A stretch of DNA of 64,000 nucleotides. Origin: Trichoplax sp. H2. Taxonomy: Eukaryota. The stretch spans positions 1 through 64,000 of the forward strand of contig NOWV01000186.1 in assembly GCA_003344405.1 (NCBI GenBank), in the 5' to 3' direction. Both the position numbers and the translations under genes were made by a program. The notes below the pieces were generated by a model. That model saw nothing but the letters and a program-made list of their open reading frames with translations, searched no databases and was not told the origin of the DNA. This document shows, one piece after another, positions 40,380-53,431 of the stretch. Position 1 is the first letter of the stretch. Each line of letters starts with the position of its first letter.

Positions 40380-43300
40380 GATGATCCAAATGCTACAAGT
40401 TCAATTTTTTCACTCAAAGGTATCCAATCAATCGATTATTTATGGCAATGATAAAATGGTAGAAGAAATTTTTTCCTGAATCTCAATTTTCTTCTTCACT
40501 ATCGATATTGACGGTAATATAGGAAAATTGAAGAAGCTTGTAAATGTAAATGTTCGACCATAATAATAGCAAAAGACGCTAGATGTCAATCATCATGCTC
40601 TAAAACTACTGTACATAGAGAGCGAATCGTTGAAAAGCGGAATTGTAGCAATGATGGAAATAATACTGGCAAATAAGTAAGGAAAAAATTTCGGAAAAAC
40701 CTTCCAGAAAAGAATATTCTTTCTCTCTCTCTCTACTTCTATCCAAGACAAGAAATGGCCGATAGTTATTAATAATTTACTTCATCGTATGTTGAAACTT
40801 ACTGTAAAACACTAGAGAAGAGGTTATGCTTATCTCCACCTTAATACTGTCATTTGTGCCCAAACTATAGCTTGTAAGGGATGTTCTTATCGATGATGGA
40901 TGGCGAGACTTGTTTTAGTCAGCTATTCTTGGCTTTTGCTGAATCAATAACAACATTTCAATCATAATATTCAATTATTGTGAATAAAAAGCAATTTATT
41001 CATTATCTTTATACCCAATCAAAGTGAAATAATGACTAACAACAATTTAAACATGTGCAATTTCAATCTATACATCAGTCATTCACGACTTAATTAACTA
41101 GATAAGAAAACTGTTATGACATCATCAAAACTGATAACATTCATGGGCAATGTAGTTGTATTGTTTAATTTGTTTGACGTTATTGTAGTAGAATATCATT
41201 AAAATGATTTAATAGACTCCCATGGTGACCATTGACTAGACTAACAAGCTACGATTAGAAGAGAAATCAACGTCAGCCTATTTTTCCTCTATTGACACTC
41301 ATAATATAACAACTTAACCTTTTAAATAACATGACTTGCCTCATAACATCTATTCAACTAATTTTAGATTACATCTTCAATAACAACTTATTCAGTCATT
41401 TTTGGCATATTTCTAACATTATCGGCAAAACTGTTTTTAATCCTTATTAAAATTGATCGATAAAGACCTAATCCTAACCCTAACCCTAAACGGATTAAAT
41501 GAATAGATGATCTCAGCTCATATTAAAATAAGGACCACGATCTGCTTGATTTATGTTTTGATACGCTAAATAAGCCAGGTGGTAGATGTTCAGGTATTAA
41601 AAGCACACTGTAAGACTTAGATATAAACATCCATACCACTGTCAAGCAGTTTACTTGAGCGTAATCACAAATTCATTCAATATGGATCACAAAGATCTAA
41701 AGTGCTCGAAGCGAAATAGAAGTAAATATTTTGAGTTCTGATATTAATACACAGTGATTGTATCATTTTATTTCTGTGTTCAATAGGAATCAAGTCTATT
41801 ATTTCACAATATAGTTATCATCCAAGTTACAATTTAGAATTTCTATTTTATTATTCATAGAGATCTTGACAGTAATGTAATTTTCTATTGATATTGGAAG
41901 GAAGTGAACACATTATGAGAGGGGTGTTATTCTTAGCAATCCACAACGTTGACTATTTTAAACTATTGTGGCCTCTAGTTCTTGTAATTCACGTATACGC
42001 CAAAATTTAGATAATAATTAAGACAACTATCGGACGATATTGTAATTAGCAGTATAGATGAGTATGTTCCATTAATCAACTATTTTAATAATGCGATTAT
42101 TTGAAATTCAATGTAGTCATTTTGATGTAAATTTACCAGTGATAAGAGATCGATTTTGCTTACTTCTATGGATCTTCCCGAAATAACACACCTGCTGTTT
42201 TGTTTGACAAGATTGAATACTTTAAAATCATCTGTAATATTATAAAACTGCAGATTATTTTAAGCTCTAAATTCTGAAGCTGCTGGTATAGAGAAAAATA
42301 CTTGTTCTCTACAGTTCACATTGGGCATAAGGTTTAGTAGCTTACATTAACTATCCCTAGATACTATTCTGACTTGAATTGATATCGATTACTATAGGCA
42401 CAAATTTATATATATTCGTATCTACAGCCGGTAGTCAAAGTCTACTGACTATACTTCAATGATTCAATAAGTCGAAATACAGAAGTTAACTTCGCCTTTC
42501 CATAACCTTAACCAGCCGATATAAAGTAGAAGCGATGTAATTGCAAATATAAGTACGTCCTTCACTACGATATAATCCCAAGCATAAAATTGATTTTTGA
42601 TGAGCTTTTTCAGTTATTCCGTCAATCCAATACATTGTGGTATAAAATTTAATTATAATATCGATAACAATAGTATATCTTTTTCTAGTATTACGTAGAC
42701 TAAGACATACAGCCTGTATCATGAAGGTTTTTTACCTCTATAGTCTATAGATTTAGCCTACTGCTTGTGCTGACATTTTGAAAGTCATTAGTAGAGTATT
42801 GAGTACCTGTGATACAGAATACACCAAAAGATTAACTGTATGAGTAGTGTAAGTACAGCTATGTTAGGATCACAGAGAAGGACCTCTATAGTTGAGATTT
42901 CAAGTCTTAGAAAGGCATACTGTAAAGTAGATTTAGCATCTTGACCGTAAAAAGACGAAGACGAAATAATAGTCATAACAGCCTCCAGAAACAGAATAAA
43001 ACTGCGAAGATATGTACTAAAATGTACTATAGTTTAATTTTAAATGGAGATCTTGGTAATTCATTGCTATAAATAGCGTTATTACCTATCATTAGCTTTG
43101 TATGTTAATTAGAACTCGGAATAATTTTAATCGTCATTATTAGCAACAAGAGAATCTCTACCAATACTATATTACAAAAGAGTAATAAATTAATTAATTG
43201 ATTGATTATTAACTAATCAAAAAGCCTACTGGTTAAAAATAGCGAACTTAAAATCAACTTAGAGGTCATGCTGGCTTTTCTTGAATATAAAAATTAGTTA

Positions 43301-44519
43301 CAGCCTACTTATTTATATGAGTTCTATCCAAGTTGGCGATATAGGTGTCGATAAAAGGATGTGTCATTTTTTTGAACAGAATGAGCCAAATTTAAAGAAA
43401 CTGCACAAATCGATACTTCCTTACTACAGATCAGTAATCAGTACGACAAAATAATAGCCACGCGTAATTTACTAAACCAGTTGTATGCATGTACAGTGGC
43501 AGTTTCATGAACTTACTGAAATGCTTCATGACCTATTACGCATAAATTGACATATTATTCTGTTAAATAAGAGAGCCATTATATTTAGGTGGGCTCTATG
43601 TTTTTATTTGCATAGGACTATAATTTGAAAAGTGGCATGAGCATTGAGCATAAAGATATTTACTTACAATAAATCAAATAGTAGCTCGAGCAGCTTTCTA
43701 TACGTTAAAATACCAATATAAATATAAAGATAAAAATTCTGTTATTCGGTTCTTTCTATGTGTACTTAGATATATCCTTATGACCTAGATGTATCGCATC
43801 GTAGCCTATTATAGTTAGCTCATCTATAATCTATTCAGAAAGGTCTTAGGCTTTTTACCTTAGCTGTAAGAAAGCACATGAAACAGTTCTACGAGCCATG
43901 TAAGCATTATTAGGATAGATTACCGATGCTGGCGAACTACTGTGAATAAGAGCTTGTACTCGATACATGAAAATGAATCGTATATTAATAAAATAAGGCG
44001 TAGCTACTTCGTCCAGCTATCTTGAGTGCATTTTAATATCTCAATAAGCTGCATGTAGTAGTAGTAGTTAGATAGTGCTTTGCAACTTGTAATCTACTGT
44101 AATTAGGTTATAGACACTACGCATACAGATACATCTTTCTTTCCTATATTTCACGAGATGTTTAGACGCTCTAATGATAAAGACACCAGATATAGAGACA
44201 AAACTGCTTGGTTAGAAGAATTCAGAACCAATCTAGTCATTTACTACTGACTAATATAACAGAAGGAATTAGGAAGGCAATCCGGCACTTTACTAGTATC
44301 TATGGTCTACAATAGAGGTAACTCTTTGCGTCTAGTTACGCATTCTTAGCATACAGTATTAATATGGACGCATAAAGGCAAAACACCATGTCTTGCCTAA
44401 TTTTCTTAATGGTTCTGAAATTATAAGTGTGACATTTAAAAAGACTATCGGCATAAGATTCCAATATGAATAGATTAAATAGCAAGTTTAGGCTTCGAAA
44501 GTATAAATAGCACATCAGA

Positions 44520-46020
44520 GGGATTATTTCAAGTAACTGTAACTGTCCCCTAGAGTTCTCTACTGAAACTAGACAGCATTCTTCTTTGATGCTTTAGCTG
44601 AGTCGTTGCCTTCCTCAATGAAACCTAGAGTAAAACGATAAATATTTCATGACTTATATTACATCGCTCCTTCATAGAAATATCAATTAATGTTATTTTA
44701 TTTCTGAGAAGCTAGCACAGAACTACAAGCAATTCACGCCGTATAATGTTTTAATTCGAAATAACTTTCGAAGTGTTTTGATAATAAACCCGAAACATTA
44801 GGCATCATATCAAATTAAATAGTAGCTACCATTAGATTTCTTAGTTGAAGCTGTACAGAGTATACTCTATATTTATAGTCTTAAATGAATCCAGTTAAAA
44901 ATCATTCGAAAATATAATTAATTAATTAATTGCTATATCTGAGATATCTTATCAAGCTATGGTAAAATTTGTTACCGATTCCTTCACCGAAGCTGCACTC
45001 TGTCTTTTCTACCGTCGACTGGGGAAAGTTAGCCAAAACTATAAGCATTTCATGACCTTAGATTGACTAAATAGGTAAGTGATTCCAAAATGTTGATATT
45101 TAATATGTCTAAGGTATCATATCAAGTTCTAATACTGTCATATTTGTTATCAGTTTTCCTTCATACCGAAATTGTACTCTATCTTTCATAGCCATAATCC
45201 GAGGGAGCTAGTGCAGAATTATGCGTATAAGTACTTCATAGTCTAGAATGGACTCAACCGGAAATAATTTCAAATATCGATATCGAATATATTTATATGT
45301 TTTATAACATGTCAAGCTACCGTAATATTTATTATTGGATCTCCTTTACAAAAAGTATACTCTTTTATCTCTTATAGCCGTGACCTGAGGAAGTATCCCA
45401 TACCCTAGAATAGACTAGATAGAGAATAGTTCCATAGCTTCGATAATTAGCCCATCAAATTCACAAAAACTGCATTCTATCTTTTAAAGTCTCGATTTAA
45501 GGAAGCTAACACAAAACTACAAGCACGATAGGCCCTGAAATAGGCTAAATACTATCGAAAGTAATTTCAAAATATCGATAATAAATACTACAGTAACGAT
45601 AAATATAAAATATGATATAACATTAAGTAAATATGTTCATCTATTTTATGATCAAAATATCTAAAAAGAATATACTGTAACATGTTGTTACATCGAATCA
45701 GGTATCATATCAAGTTATAACTATGTTTGTTATTGGACTCTCTTTATTGAAATTACCATACTCGTATACACGTGTTCCGTCTTTATAGTCTTAAAGCAGA
45801 GAAGCTAGTGTAGAGTTAACTGTCTACAACTATTCTATGGTCTAGAATTACCACAATAGTATAGTAATTCTAAATTATCAATCGTATGCCCATCGAAGGA
45901 GTTATGTCAAGTTAGAGTAATATCTAGTAAGTTCAATGACCTTGGTTGAAATTCTACTCTATCTAATAGAGCTTGCATTAGCGGAAATTAGCAGAGAAAC
46001 AACAAGCATTTCATGGCCGC
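44520..46020. repeat. Old, highly degenerate ~170-190-bp tandem repeat array
   Basis: A skeleton of TCAAG(T/C)T...ATTTGTTA...GAAATTGTACTCT(A/G)TCTTT...GAAGCTAG...AAGCATTTCAT...TTCAAAAT recurs from about 44528, 44809, 44951, 45121, 45311, 45709 and 45907. Confidence 0.65.
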
Positions 46021-48022
46021 CATTTCCATAGCTCTTCTATTATTGCATTCAAGCATCATTTTAACAGCGATAAACAATATTCCAATATCAATTAAATATA
46101 AATGAGAGGATCTGTAAATCTCCTGATCTCAGATTAACAGCCTATTTCTTGGCTACGTTATTAAATCCTATTAGCTCATTATTCTAATCAATTGTACTAC
46201 AATCATTATTCCAATTGCTATTCTAATCCAATTAACAATACGTTGCATTGATCCAAAGTTAGTTTCCTTATTTCCTATTGGAACATGGTGTCAAAGAAAA
46301 TTCTATTATCCAAATAAAGTTCAATTATGACTCAATTTAAAATGCCAACGGAGTAAGACTAGAAGTCAAGGCCAATTTGCTGTAAATGATCACGCCAGTA
46401 GAAGGATGGTTAGATATCCTTTATACGGATAAATATAATAATCGATTGGCCATTTTTAGTATACGTCACATGCTGCGCCAAGCACTTATTATATCAACAC
46501 AAACCAGTCAATTAATTTTGTACAACAGACACCAGCCTAAATTAGGAATTATTAAGAAATTACTCTACTGTTGAGCCGTAAAATCTGACGATAGCAATGG
46601 TTAGTCTTGATCGATCACTGTGGTCAAGCGATAATTGATGTTTTTAGGTTATTTTTTTGTCTCCATGTTGAACTCGTATTGAGATCGATGATTTATCTTC
46701 ACGTCGATGCGATTGCTAAATTATTTCTACCTTGATTGTTAGAATCGTTGTTGAACATTTTTCAACTTCCATCACCACGATTATATAGCTATTTTCCGAT
46801 CGTTTTTTCAACTAAACCAAGTCTACATTCACGGTGAGAACTAAACTATTGATATATAATATAAAGTACTATCAAACTACCAATGGTTATCCAGAACTAG
46901 ATCAAGCTGTTTTATTCTTTTACAATTTACTCTTACATCATTTCAATACAGTGATAATCTATTAGTGAGAAATAAGTTAAATATATTGAATATTTCACTT
47001 CCGTCTTGCTTCTAATTGGGTAATTTGTGCTAAACAATGTCGACGTTAGAAGATTACTTGACTAAGTGTTAATATTCATTGCCAATGGATATTCAATAGT
47101 AATGGAATAGTTCTTTTTTATTCTGAACTACGCGTCTATATCGCTTGGCGACGTTGACTCTGTTGTTGACAAAGTCATAGAGGGAAGTCCATGTCATGTT
47201 ATTTTACATAACTAGCTCACTATTTTATATAAATTTTATACACGTTCTTCGAGTTGCAATAAGATTGACATTGTATTGCACCATTCGCCTGTGATAACTG
47301 GAATACTGTAGGATAGACGAGAAGGACAGCTTGGTATATCTCTCATTGTTGGCTAGCGCGATTGCATACACGTGTTAACCGGCAACTATGTAGTCCACTA
47401 TTTGCAGATATAATTGCTACACTATTGCATCGTATCAAATCCTTTGAAGAAACACGATGCAATTCAGAATTCTATCTTAATATTGAGTGATAACTTGACT
47501 TGCTATATGCGAAAACAGTCGTAGTAGATTAGAGTAGGTGCTATTAAAATTGTCAGCGAACATTAATATTGCACGAGCTAGCTATTATCCTTGGAATAAG
47601 TCATTTTTATCCTGTTAATATATCAATCATAATAAAATAACAGTATGATCGTTACGAATGGCTTCGTTATTATTGATCATTTCTGCAAACTTCTCTTTAA
47701 TCATTAATTAATTCTAGACCTATGATAAGATAATGAAAATAATTACTCTAGTTTTTTCTTTTGTTCATATTAATGTCTAATCTTCTACTCCCTTCTTTTG
47801 TTCCTTTGACTCTAATATTCAATTTAATTTCTACATCTATAGCCTTGTAGACGCAATTGGCAATACAACCTATAGAGAAACCAAGTAAAAAAAGTAACCT
47901 TACAATAAATTCAATAAGAAACGATTATACTTTTAAGATTAAATTACATCGAATTGAATATTCATTGGTTGTATCATTTGAACTTGATTAGAAAGCATCA
48001 TTAAGTAGTTCATCGAGCAAAG

Positions 48023-51000
48023 ATGGATTTAGACGATCAATGGTTGGTTAGCCAATATGAATGTTTTGAAAAGGAAATTGCCGATTTATGGCAGCTATCA
48101 CAGGACGAATTAAAAGATCATATTCTTAAAATTGCTCAAAGTTATCTTCGTCCAGAAATATCCAACGCTTTGTACGCGAAAGCAATTAAAAATTGCCAAC
48201 AACGCATTGAAATTGCTGCTAGTACCAACCAACCTAATCCTCATGCTCATTTCCAACTGGGTTATTATTATCAATTGGGTTGTGGTAATTTGAAAATCGA
48301 TTTAAACAAAGCAAAGTATCACTATGAACAAGCAATACTCCATGATCATTACGCTGCTATGTACCAGATTTGCTCTTTGTATGGTGAATTGGAACATGAA
48401 GAAAATGGCCATCATGATACAAACCCAACTACGCAACAACAGTATGTCGAAATGATCGATCGTAACAAATTAATATCCATGAAACTTAAAATGTATATCA
48501 GAGCTGCCGCCTACGGCTTACATGAGAAAGCAATACGAGATTTACGCCATTATTATCTACAATATCGCGAATGGATAAGAGCTATTGATCAATTAAAAGC
48601 AGAATATGAAGAACAAATTGAAACTGCAATAGATAAAAATATCAATATCGCTGAAGTATATAATAATCTCGGTTTTCTGGAATGCTTTCTCGAATGGTGT
48701 CAAGTAGTAGAAGGCGATGAAGGCGATGAACCTCTTGTTGATTTTCCACAGCAAGCTTACGATTATTTTTTAAAAGCAGGCGAACTTGGACTAGCCAGTG
48801 GCTATATGAATTTCGCATTTTATCGAGGTTACGATGCTAACTGTGTCGATCAAGAAACCAATGGCATTAAAAATAATTTTATGATTATGGCTAAGTATTA
48901 CCTTAAAGCTGCACAAAATGGTTGTGCTATTTCTTGGCAAAAATTATACGATGTTTTGAAAACTGAATTTAAATCTTGTGTTCCTAAACGAAATCTATTA
49001 AAGTATGTTCGAAATGCTCTCAAACACTATCGATTTAGTGATATGTTATTGGCTATGGCTAACAATTTCATGACACAAAATAGCATAGAAATGGCATCTT
49101 TCTCACACGCTATTCAATACCTAGAAGAAGCAGTTGTCTCTTGTCATAGCTACTCTACCGATGATCTTAGGAATGAATTTTTATACCTTGGTTTCATGTA
49201 CGAACAAGGTCTAGGCGTTGAACGAGATACTATCAAAGCTGCTCATTTTTATGCTTGGTCAATTACGACACAATGTGAATGTACATTAGCTGTATGCCGA
49301 TTAGCCAAATTGATCGAGAAAAATCATCTTCCTCCTCCCCATGATATTACACATGCAATTAAATTGTACGAATCGACCATGCTTCTTATTAAACAAGATG
49401 TTACTTCCTATGCTCAATATCGACTTGGTAACTTATTTCATAGTGGTCGATATGAAAATCTCGGTATACTACCTGATATGGCTGAATATCACTACGATGG
49501 AACCTCAAATGCTATGATTTCCCTGATATTATCTGGTAAAGCTACTGCAGCTCATATTTATCATTTAGCTAAGATGCACGCTGTCGGTTGTATGGTTGAT
49601 CCTGCTATTGAAAAAGCAATCGATTTATACAGTAATGCTCTAGCATATTATAAAAATGCTGATTACCACGATCGCTTCCATGCCATCAAGGCTAAACTAC
49701 AGCTGCAAAAAATTAAAAATAGACACCAACTTAATTATAAGGAGCGAAATAATCAACTTCATATCAAAGAAATCAATAGCAATGGCCAATTTTCATCGTC
49801 GGAACTATTTATGAATCCATTAGACCAGGCTTATTATGATAAAGAAGCAGATCAATTGCAAAACAAATTTGTAAATGCACCTTCATCATCCAAATTATCC
49901 ATCAATTCTATTGATAAATCGTACTATTCAGAACAAATCAACTTGTTACACAGTGAATTAGATAGTCTTCAACTACCCTCACCGTCGAAATTATTGATGA
50001 ATTGTATAAATATTGCCGAACAGTATCTATCACAAAATGTAGAATTAAGCTACCGCCAACCAATCTACAATAAAATTATGGCCGAATTAAATGACCAACC
50101 TACAGCGAGCACTTTCTATCACATTGGTAATTTATACTTTCGTGGTCAAGGATTTCAACAATTTGATCTACCATTAGCTATGGAATATTTAAAGAAAGCC
50201 GCTGATATGAATCATCCATTAGCAAAATTAGACATGCTATACCTATATGGATGCCAAGAGAAAGGTGATGATCCATCTTTATCCTATAAAATTACAGATA
50301 CTGCCGAAGAATTGGCTAAAATAGAGTTAACCGTCATCCTCGATACAGCTTATCAAGGTGATCGAAGGGCGCTAACCTATCTTCAAAAGCGATTAGAATT
50401 ATTCCACGCCTGGAACATCGCTGTTGATAATCTGATTAAGCATCATAAGAATGAATTAACCTCGCAAGTGAAAAATTTAAAATCAACCGATCTTGCAAGA
50501 CTATGCCTGGAATTAGGATTTTTAATTATGGCTAAAAATTTAGAAAAAGATCACCTCAATGAAAAGATAATTACTGAAATAGAGACCTATTTTCAAAAGG
50601 CTGAAAATTTGGATAATAGCAGAGTTGACTTCTTTATGGGTTTGTTATGTGAATTTACTGCTTATTCTCATCCAAATGCACAAAATGATGAACATTGTGC
50701 AATTAAGTATTATGAGCGAGCTTTAAAAGCTGGCAATAATCATTTATCTCCCACTATTGCTACTTATTACTTGCATGGCCAATGCAATAACGACCATCTG
50801 CTTAACCAAAGCGCTCTTGATCTGCTACAACAGTCACATCATAATGGCTTTGCAGATGCTACCAGCCAATTATCTATGATTTACCTTGATGGAAGATGCG
50901 ATACACAACAAGATTTCCAACGTTTTACTCAATTAGCAGAAATAGCTCTTGCGACAACATATTCCAATGATATCGATAATACATTTCTATATTATCATTT

Positions 51001-51556
51001 AGCATTTTACTATTATCATTATTCGCATGTAAATAATCGATATGAGCGTGCTGCTCATTTTTGTGCGCTGGATATGAGTCAGCAACTGGACGATGGAAGA
51101 ACTCGATGTTTGATGGCGAAGATGCTTGAAAAGCGACGTCTATCATCGAGTAGTTTAACGGATGCGATCAAAATGTATTTATCTGCATTGTATCTGGACG
51201 ATAACCTTACTGGCTATATACATTATCGACTGGGTAAGCTGCGATCGAATCTATCTGAAATTGATGTCTATGATCTAAAGTTGGCTCAGCAACACTTTCA
51301 TCAAGCTCAACATTACATGAGAACGACCAAGACAAGCAATATTGTGACCAAATGCCGGGATATGTACCATCTCGGTTTGATGTTTGAACATGGCTTTGGT
51401 GTTGCTCAATGTATTGAAAAGGCTAAAGAATGGTATAAAAGATGCTATCAGTTTCAGAACAATTGCCATACCATTTTTGGCTGTCATCAGATTAAGTATT
51501 ATATCACAAAATCAAAGAAAAGATTGAATATTTTAGAGGCTGATATAGAAGACTGA
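48023..51556 (+). CDS. SLR protein 4, double module (1177 aa, intronless)
   Basis: SLR motifs LGYYYQLGCGNLKIDLNKA, LGFMYEQGLGVERDTIKA, IGNLYFRGQG and LGLMFEHGFGVAQCIEKA. Second module starts near 49955 after an extended linker. Confidence 0.88.
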   Translation: MDLDDQWLVSQYECFEKEIADLWQLSQDELKDHILKIAQSYLRPEISNALYAKAIKNCQQRIEIAASTNQPNPHAHFQLGYYYQLGCGNLKIDLNKAKYHYEQAILHDHYAAMYQICSLYGELEHEENGHHDTNPTTQQQYVEMIDRNKLISMKLKMYIRAAAYGLHEKAIRDLRHYYLQYREWIRAIDQLKAEYEEQIETAIDKNINIAEVYNNLGFLECFLEWCQVVEGDEGDEPLVDFPQQAYDYFLKAGELGLASGYMNFAFYRGYDANCVDQETNGIKNNFMIMAKYYLKAAQNGCAISWQKLYDVLKTEFKSCVPKRNLLKYVRNALKHYRFSDMLLAMANNFMTQNSIEMASFSHAIQYLEEAVVSCHSYSTDDLRNEFLYLGFMYEQGLGVERDTIKAAHFYAWSITTQCECTLAVCRLAKLIEKNHLPPPHDITHAIKLYESTMLLIKQDVTSYAQYRLGNLFHSGRYENLGILPDMAEYHYDGTSNAMISLILSGKATAAHIYHLAKMHAVGCMVDPAIEKAIDLYSNALAYYKNADYHDRFHAIKAKLQLQKIKNRHQLNYKERNNQLHIKEINSNGQFSSSELFMNPLDQAYYDKEADQLQNKFVNAPSSSKLSINSIDKSYYSEQINLLHSELDSLQLPSPSKLLMNCINIAEQYLSQNVELSYRQPIYNKIMAELNDQPTASTFYHIGNLYFRGQGFQQFDLPLAMEYLKKAADMNHPLAKLDMLYLYGCQEKGDDPSLSYKITDTAEELAKIELTVILDTAYQGDRRALTYLQKRLELFHAWNIAVDNLIKHHKNELTSQVKNLKSTDLARLCLELGFLIMAKNLEKDHLNEKIITEIETYFQKAENLDNSRVDFFMGLLCEFTAYSHPNAQNDEHCAIKYYERALKAGNNHLSPTIATYYLHGQCNNDHLLNQSALDLLQQSHHNGFADATSQLSMIYLDGRCDTQQDFQRFTQLAEIALATTYSNDIDNTFLYYHLAFYYYHYSHVNNRYERAAHFCALDMSQQLDDGRTRCLMAKMLEKRRLSSSSLTDAIKMYLSALYLDDNLTGYIHYRLGKLRSNLSEIDVYDLKLAQQHFHQAQHYMRTTKTSNIVTKCRDMYHLGLMFEHGFGVAQCIEKAKEWYKRCYQFQNNCHTIFGCHQIKYYITKSKKRLNILEADIED

Positions 51557-52799
51557 CAATGTAGCCGGTAGTTTAACATTAAGCTAGATGCTTGCATCTG
51601 GCTCATACTATCCAATAGTACAGTAGATTATTATAGTAATACTAAAGAGATAAGTTTTAAACAGAAGACTTATTCTATTTTTGATTACACAAAGAGTTAT
51701 TAGGATTTTTGCGATTTATTAAATTTGTTATTTCTCTACCGTGTTTTCTAAGCCAGCTTAGCATTGATTTAGATTAGATTATTCAATTTTTTTTGGATAT
51801 ATTAAACTCCAAGTACCCGTATATGTGTATTGTCGGCTGTAGTAGTAAGATCAAATGAACAATTATTATCACCATTCACCACTAGTATTCGTAATTGGTA
51901 TTATTTGGTGCTGTCCAGAATACGATTTTAAATTTAAATACTGTAGGACAAATGTGCAACTTGAAGGAAATTGCTCATTTGGAAGACTTTAGTGAAATCG
52001 AGGATTGTTCTATGTCGTCACCAAGACAGTGCTGACTGTCTCTAATGTTAGTATGAATGTTTACATACTGCTTTATTCACTACAATAAATTGGTTATTAC
52101 TTTTTAGCGGTGATGGGGATTCACTTTGAAGTCTGCTACGCCTGAGGATTACAGTTTCCGAAATTCTTCCTAACTACCTCCATTACGGAGGAGAGACACG
52201 ACATTAATTTTGACTAGTTTCTGCTGAAACTGGAGTAAATTCCTATGTAGGTGATTACTAGTTGACTAATAACAAAAACTGCTCATGCTGTTGTACATAA
52301 TACAGTATACAGTATACCAGTGTCGCATCACTGGTATATTCGTATACTGTACACTGTACAGGATGGGCAGGAAAGATTGGAATGGGCTTAGAGAGATTGA
52401 AATTTTAAAATGCCACATGAAATTTAGTTCATTTTATCGACCAAGAGTTGCCCCTTCTAAATCTACTGTTACAATCCTCGAATAAGCTCTATTTTATGCT
52501 ATATACTATACTTCCATTCCATGTACACTTGTACACTGTATAGTAGACCCGAATATTTCCCTGTGATACATCCAAATATGCCGCTGAAACGCCTCTGCAC
52601 TTTCATTATACTTATCCAAGCAAATATGCCAACGAAAATCTTGATTGATTTTGCTCAGAATTGGCAGATATGTTTAGATAAATGCGTTAAAGATGTCGTC
52701 GAAAATTGACTGGGTCTAATCTGCGGTATACAGTAGCATGGAATGATCAACGCCGGTCTTGAGCTTCTTCTTCATCTACTACGGTTACTGTAGTCGTTC

Positions 52800-52900
52800 G
52801 TCCGTCCAGTCCATGTCCAAGCCATGACTGGATTGGACTGGAACGGAACGGTAAGGTACGCTAGCGTGTGATTGGCTAATTCGAAATAGCGAATAAACAC
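52800..52900 (+). promoter_or_regulatory. Candidate cell-cycle-type promoter of the forkhead gene
   Basis: Reverse CCAAT boxes ATTGG at 52832 and 52871, CHR-variant TTCGAA at 52880-52885 and forkhead-type site ATAAACA at 52893-52899. Confidence 0.45.
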
Positions 52901-53431
52901 GTTACACTAGGCCATGAAGGAGTTACAGGCAGTATGTTGTATGTATTGCGAAGTAGCGTACGGCACAGTCAATAGAAGGAAAAGACCAGGTGAATTTTTG
53001 GTCATAAACTATATGAGTGCGCCAACATGTATACGCGCTCATACTGTAACATATTGCAAGCAGATCATAGCCGAAGTGTCGAGCAGATTCCATGTGCTAC
53101 GCTACCGTCACTCTGATTTACCGTACTAAGTACAGTACTACAGTACAATTGTCGGTTACAATAGACTGTAGCCTATTGTCATCAACATATTCAAATTCAA
53201 ATTTTAGCAGGTAAAAAGCGGTAGGCAAAAGCTCGCTTAGCTGGCTGCGATCCTCTTCCCAATTCAAGTAGAAAGCGCCATCAACAAGAAGTAAAATCTT
53301 CTCTTATGTGATCTTAGCCATCAAAAACAAATTGAAAACTTGAGGTATCATTCCACGATCATTATCAAGAGGATCTAATTACCAATTCGATGCTAGTATC
53401 GAAGGGTCGATTCCAATTCAAGTAAAGAAAG

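Noticed and set aside
33976-40514. TTGACGGT about 115-130 bp upstream of both SLR2 and SLR3
   Set aside because: A single 8-mer, not seen at the matching position in the other paralogues, so it could be chance.
41467-41489. Telomere-like CCTAAT-CCTAAC-CCTAAC-CCTAA run
   Set aside because: Only 3-4 imperfect units, too short to call an interstitial telomeric site.
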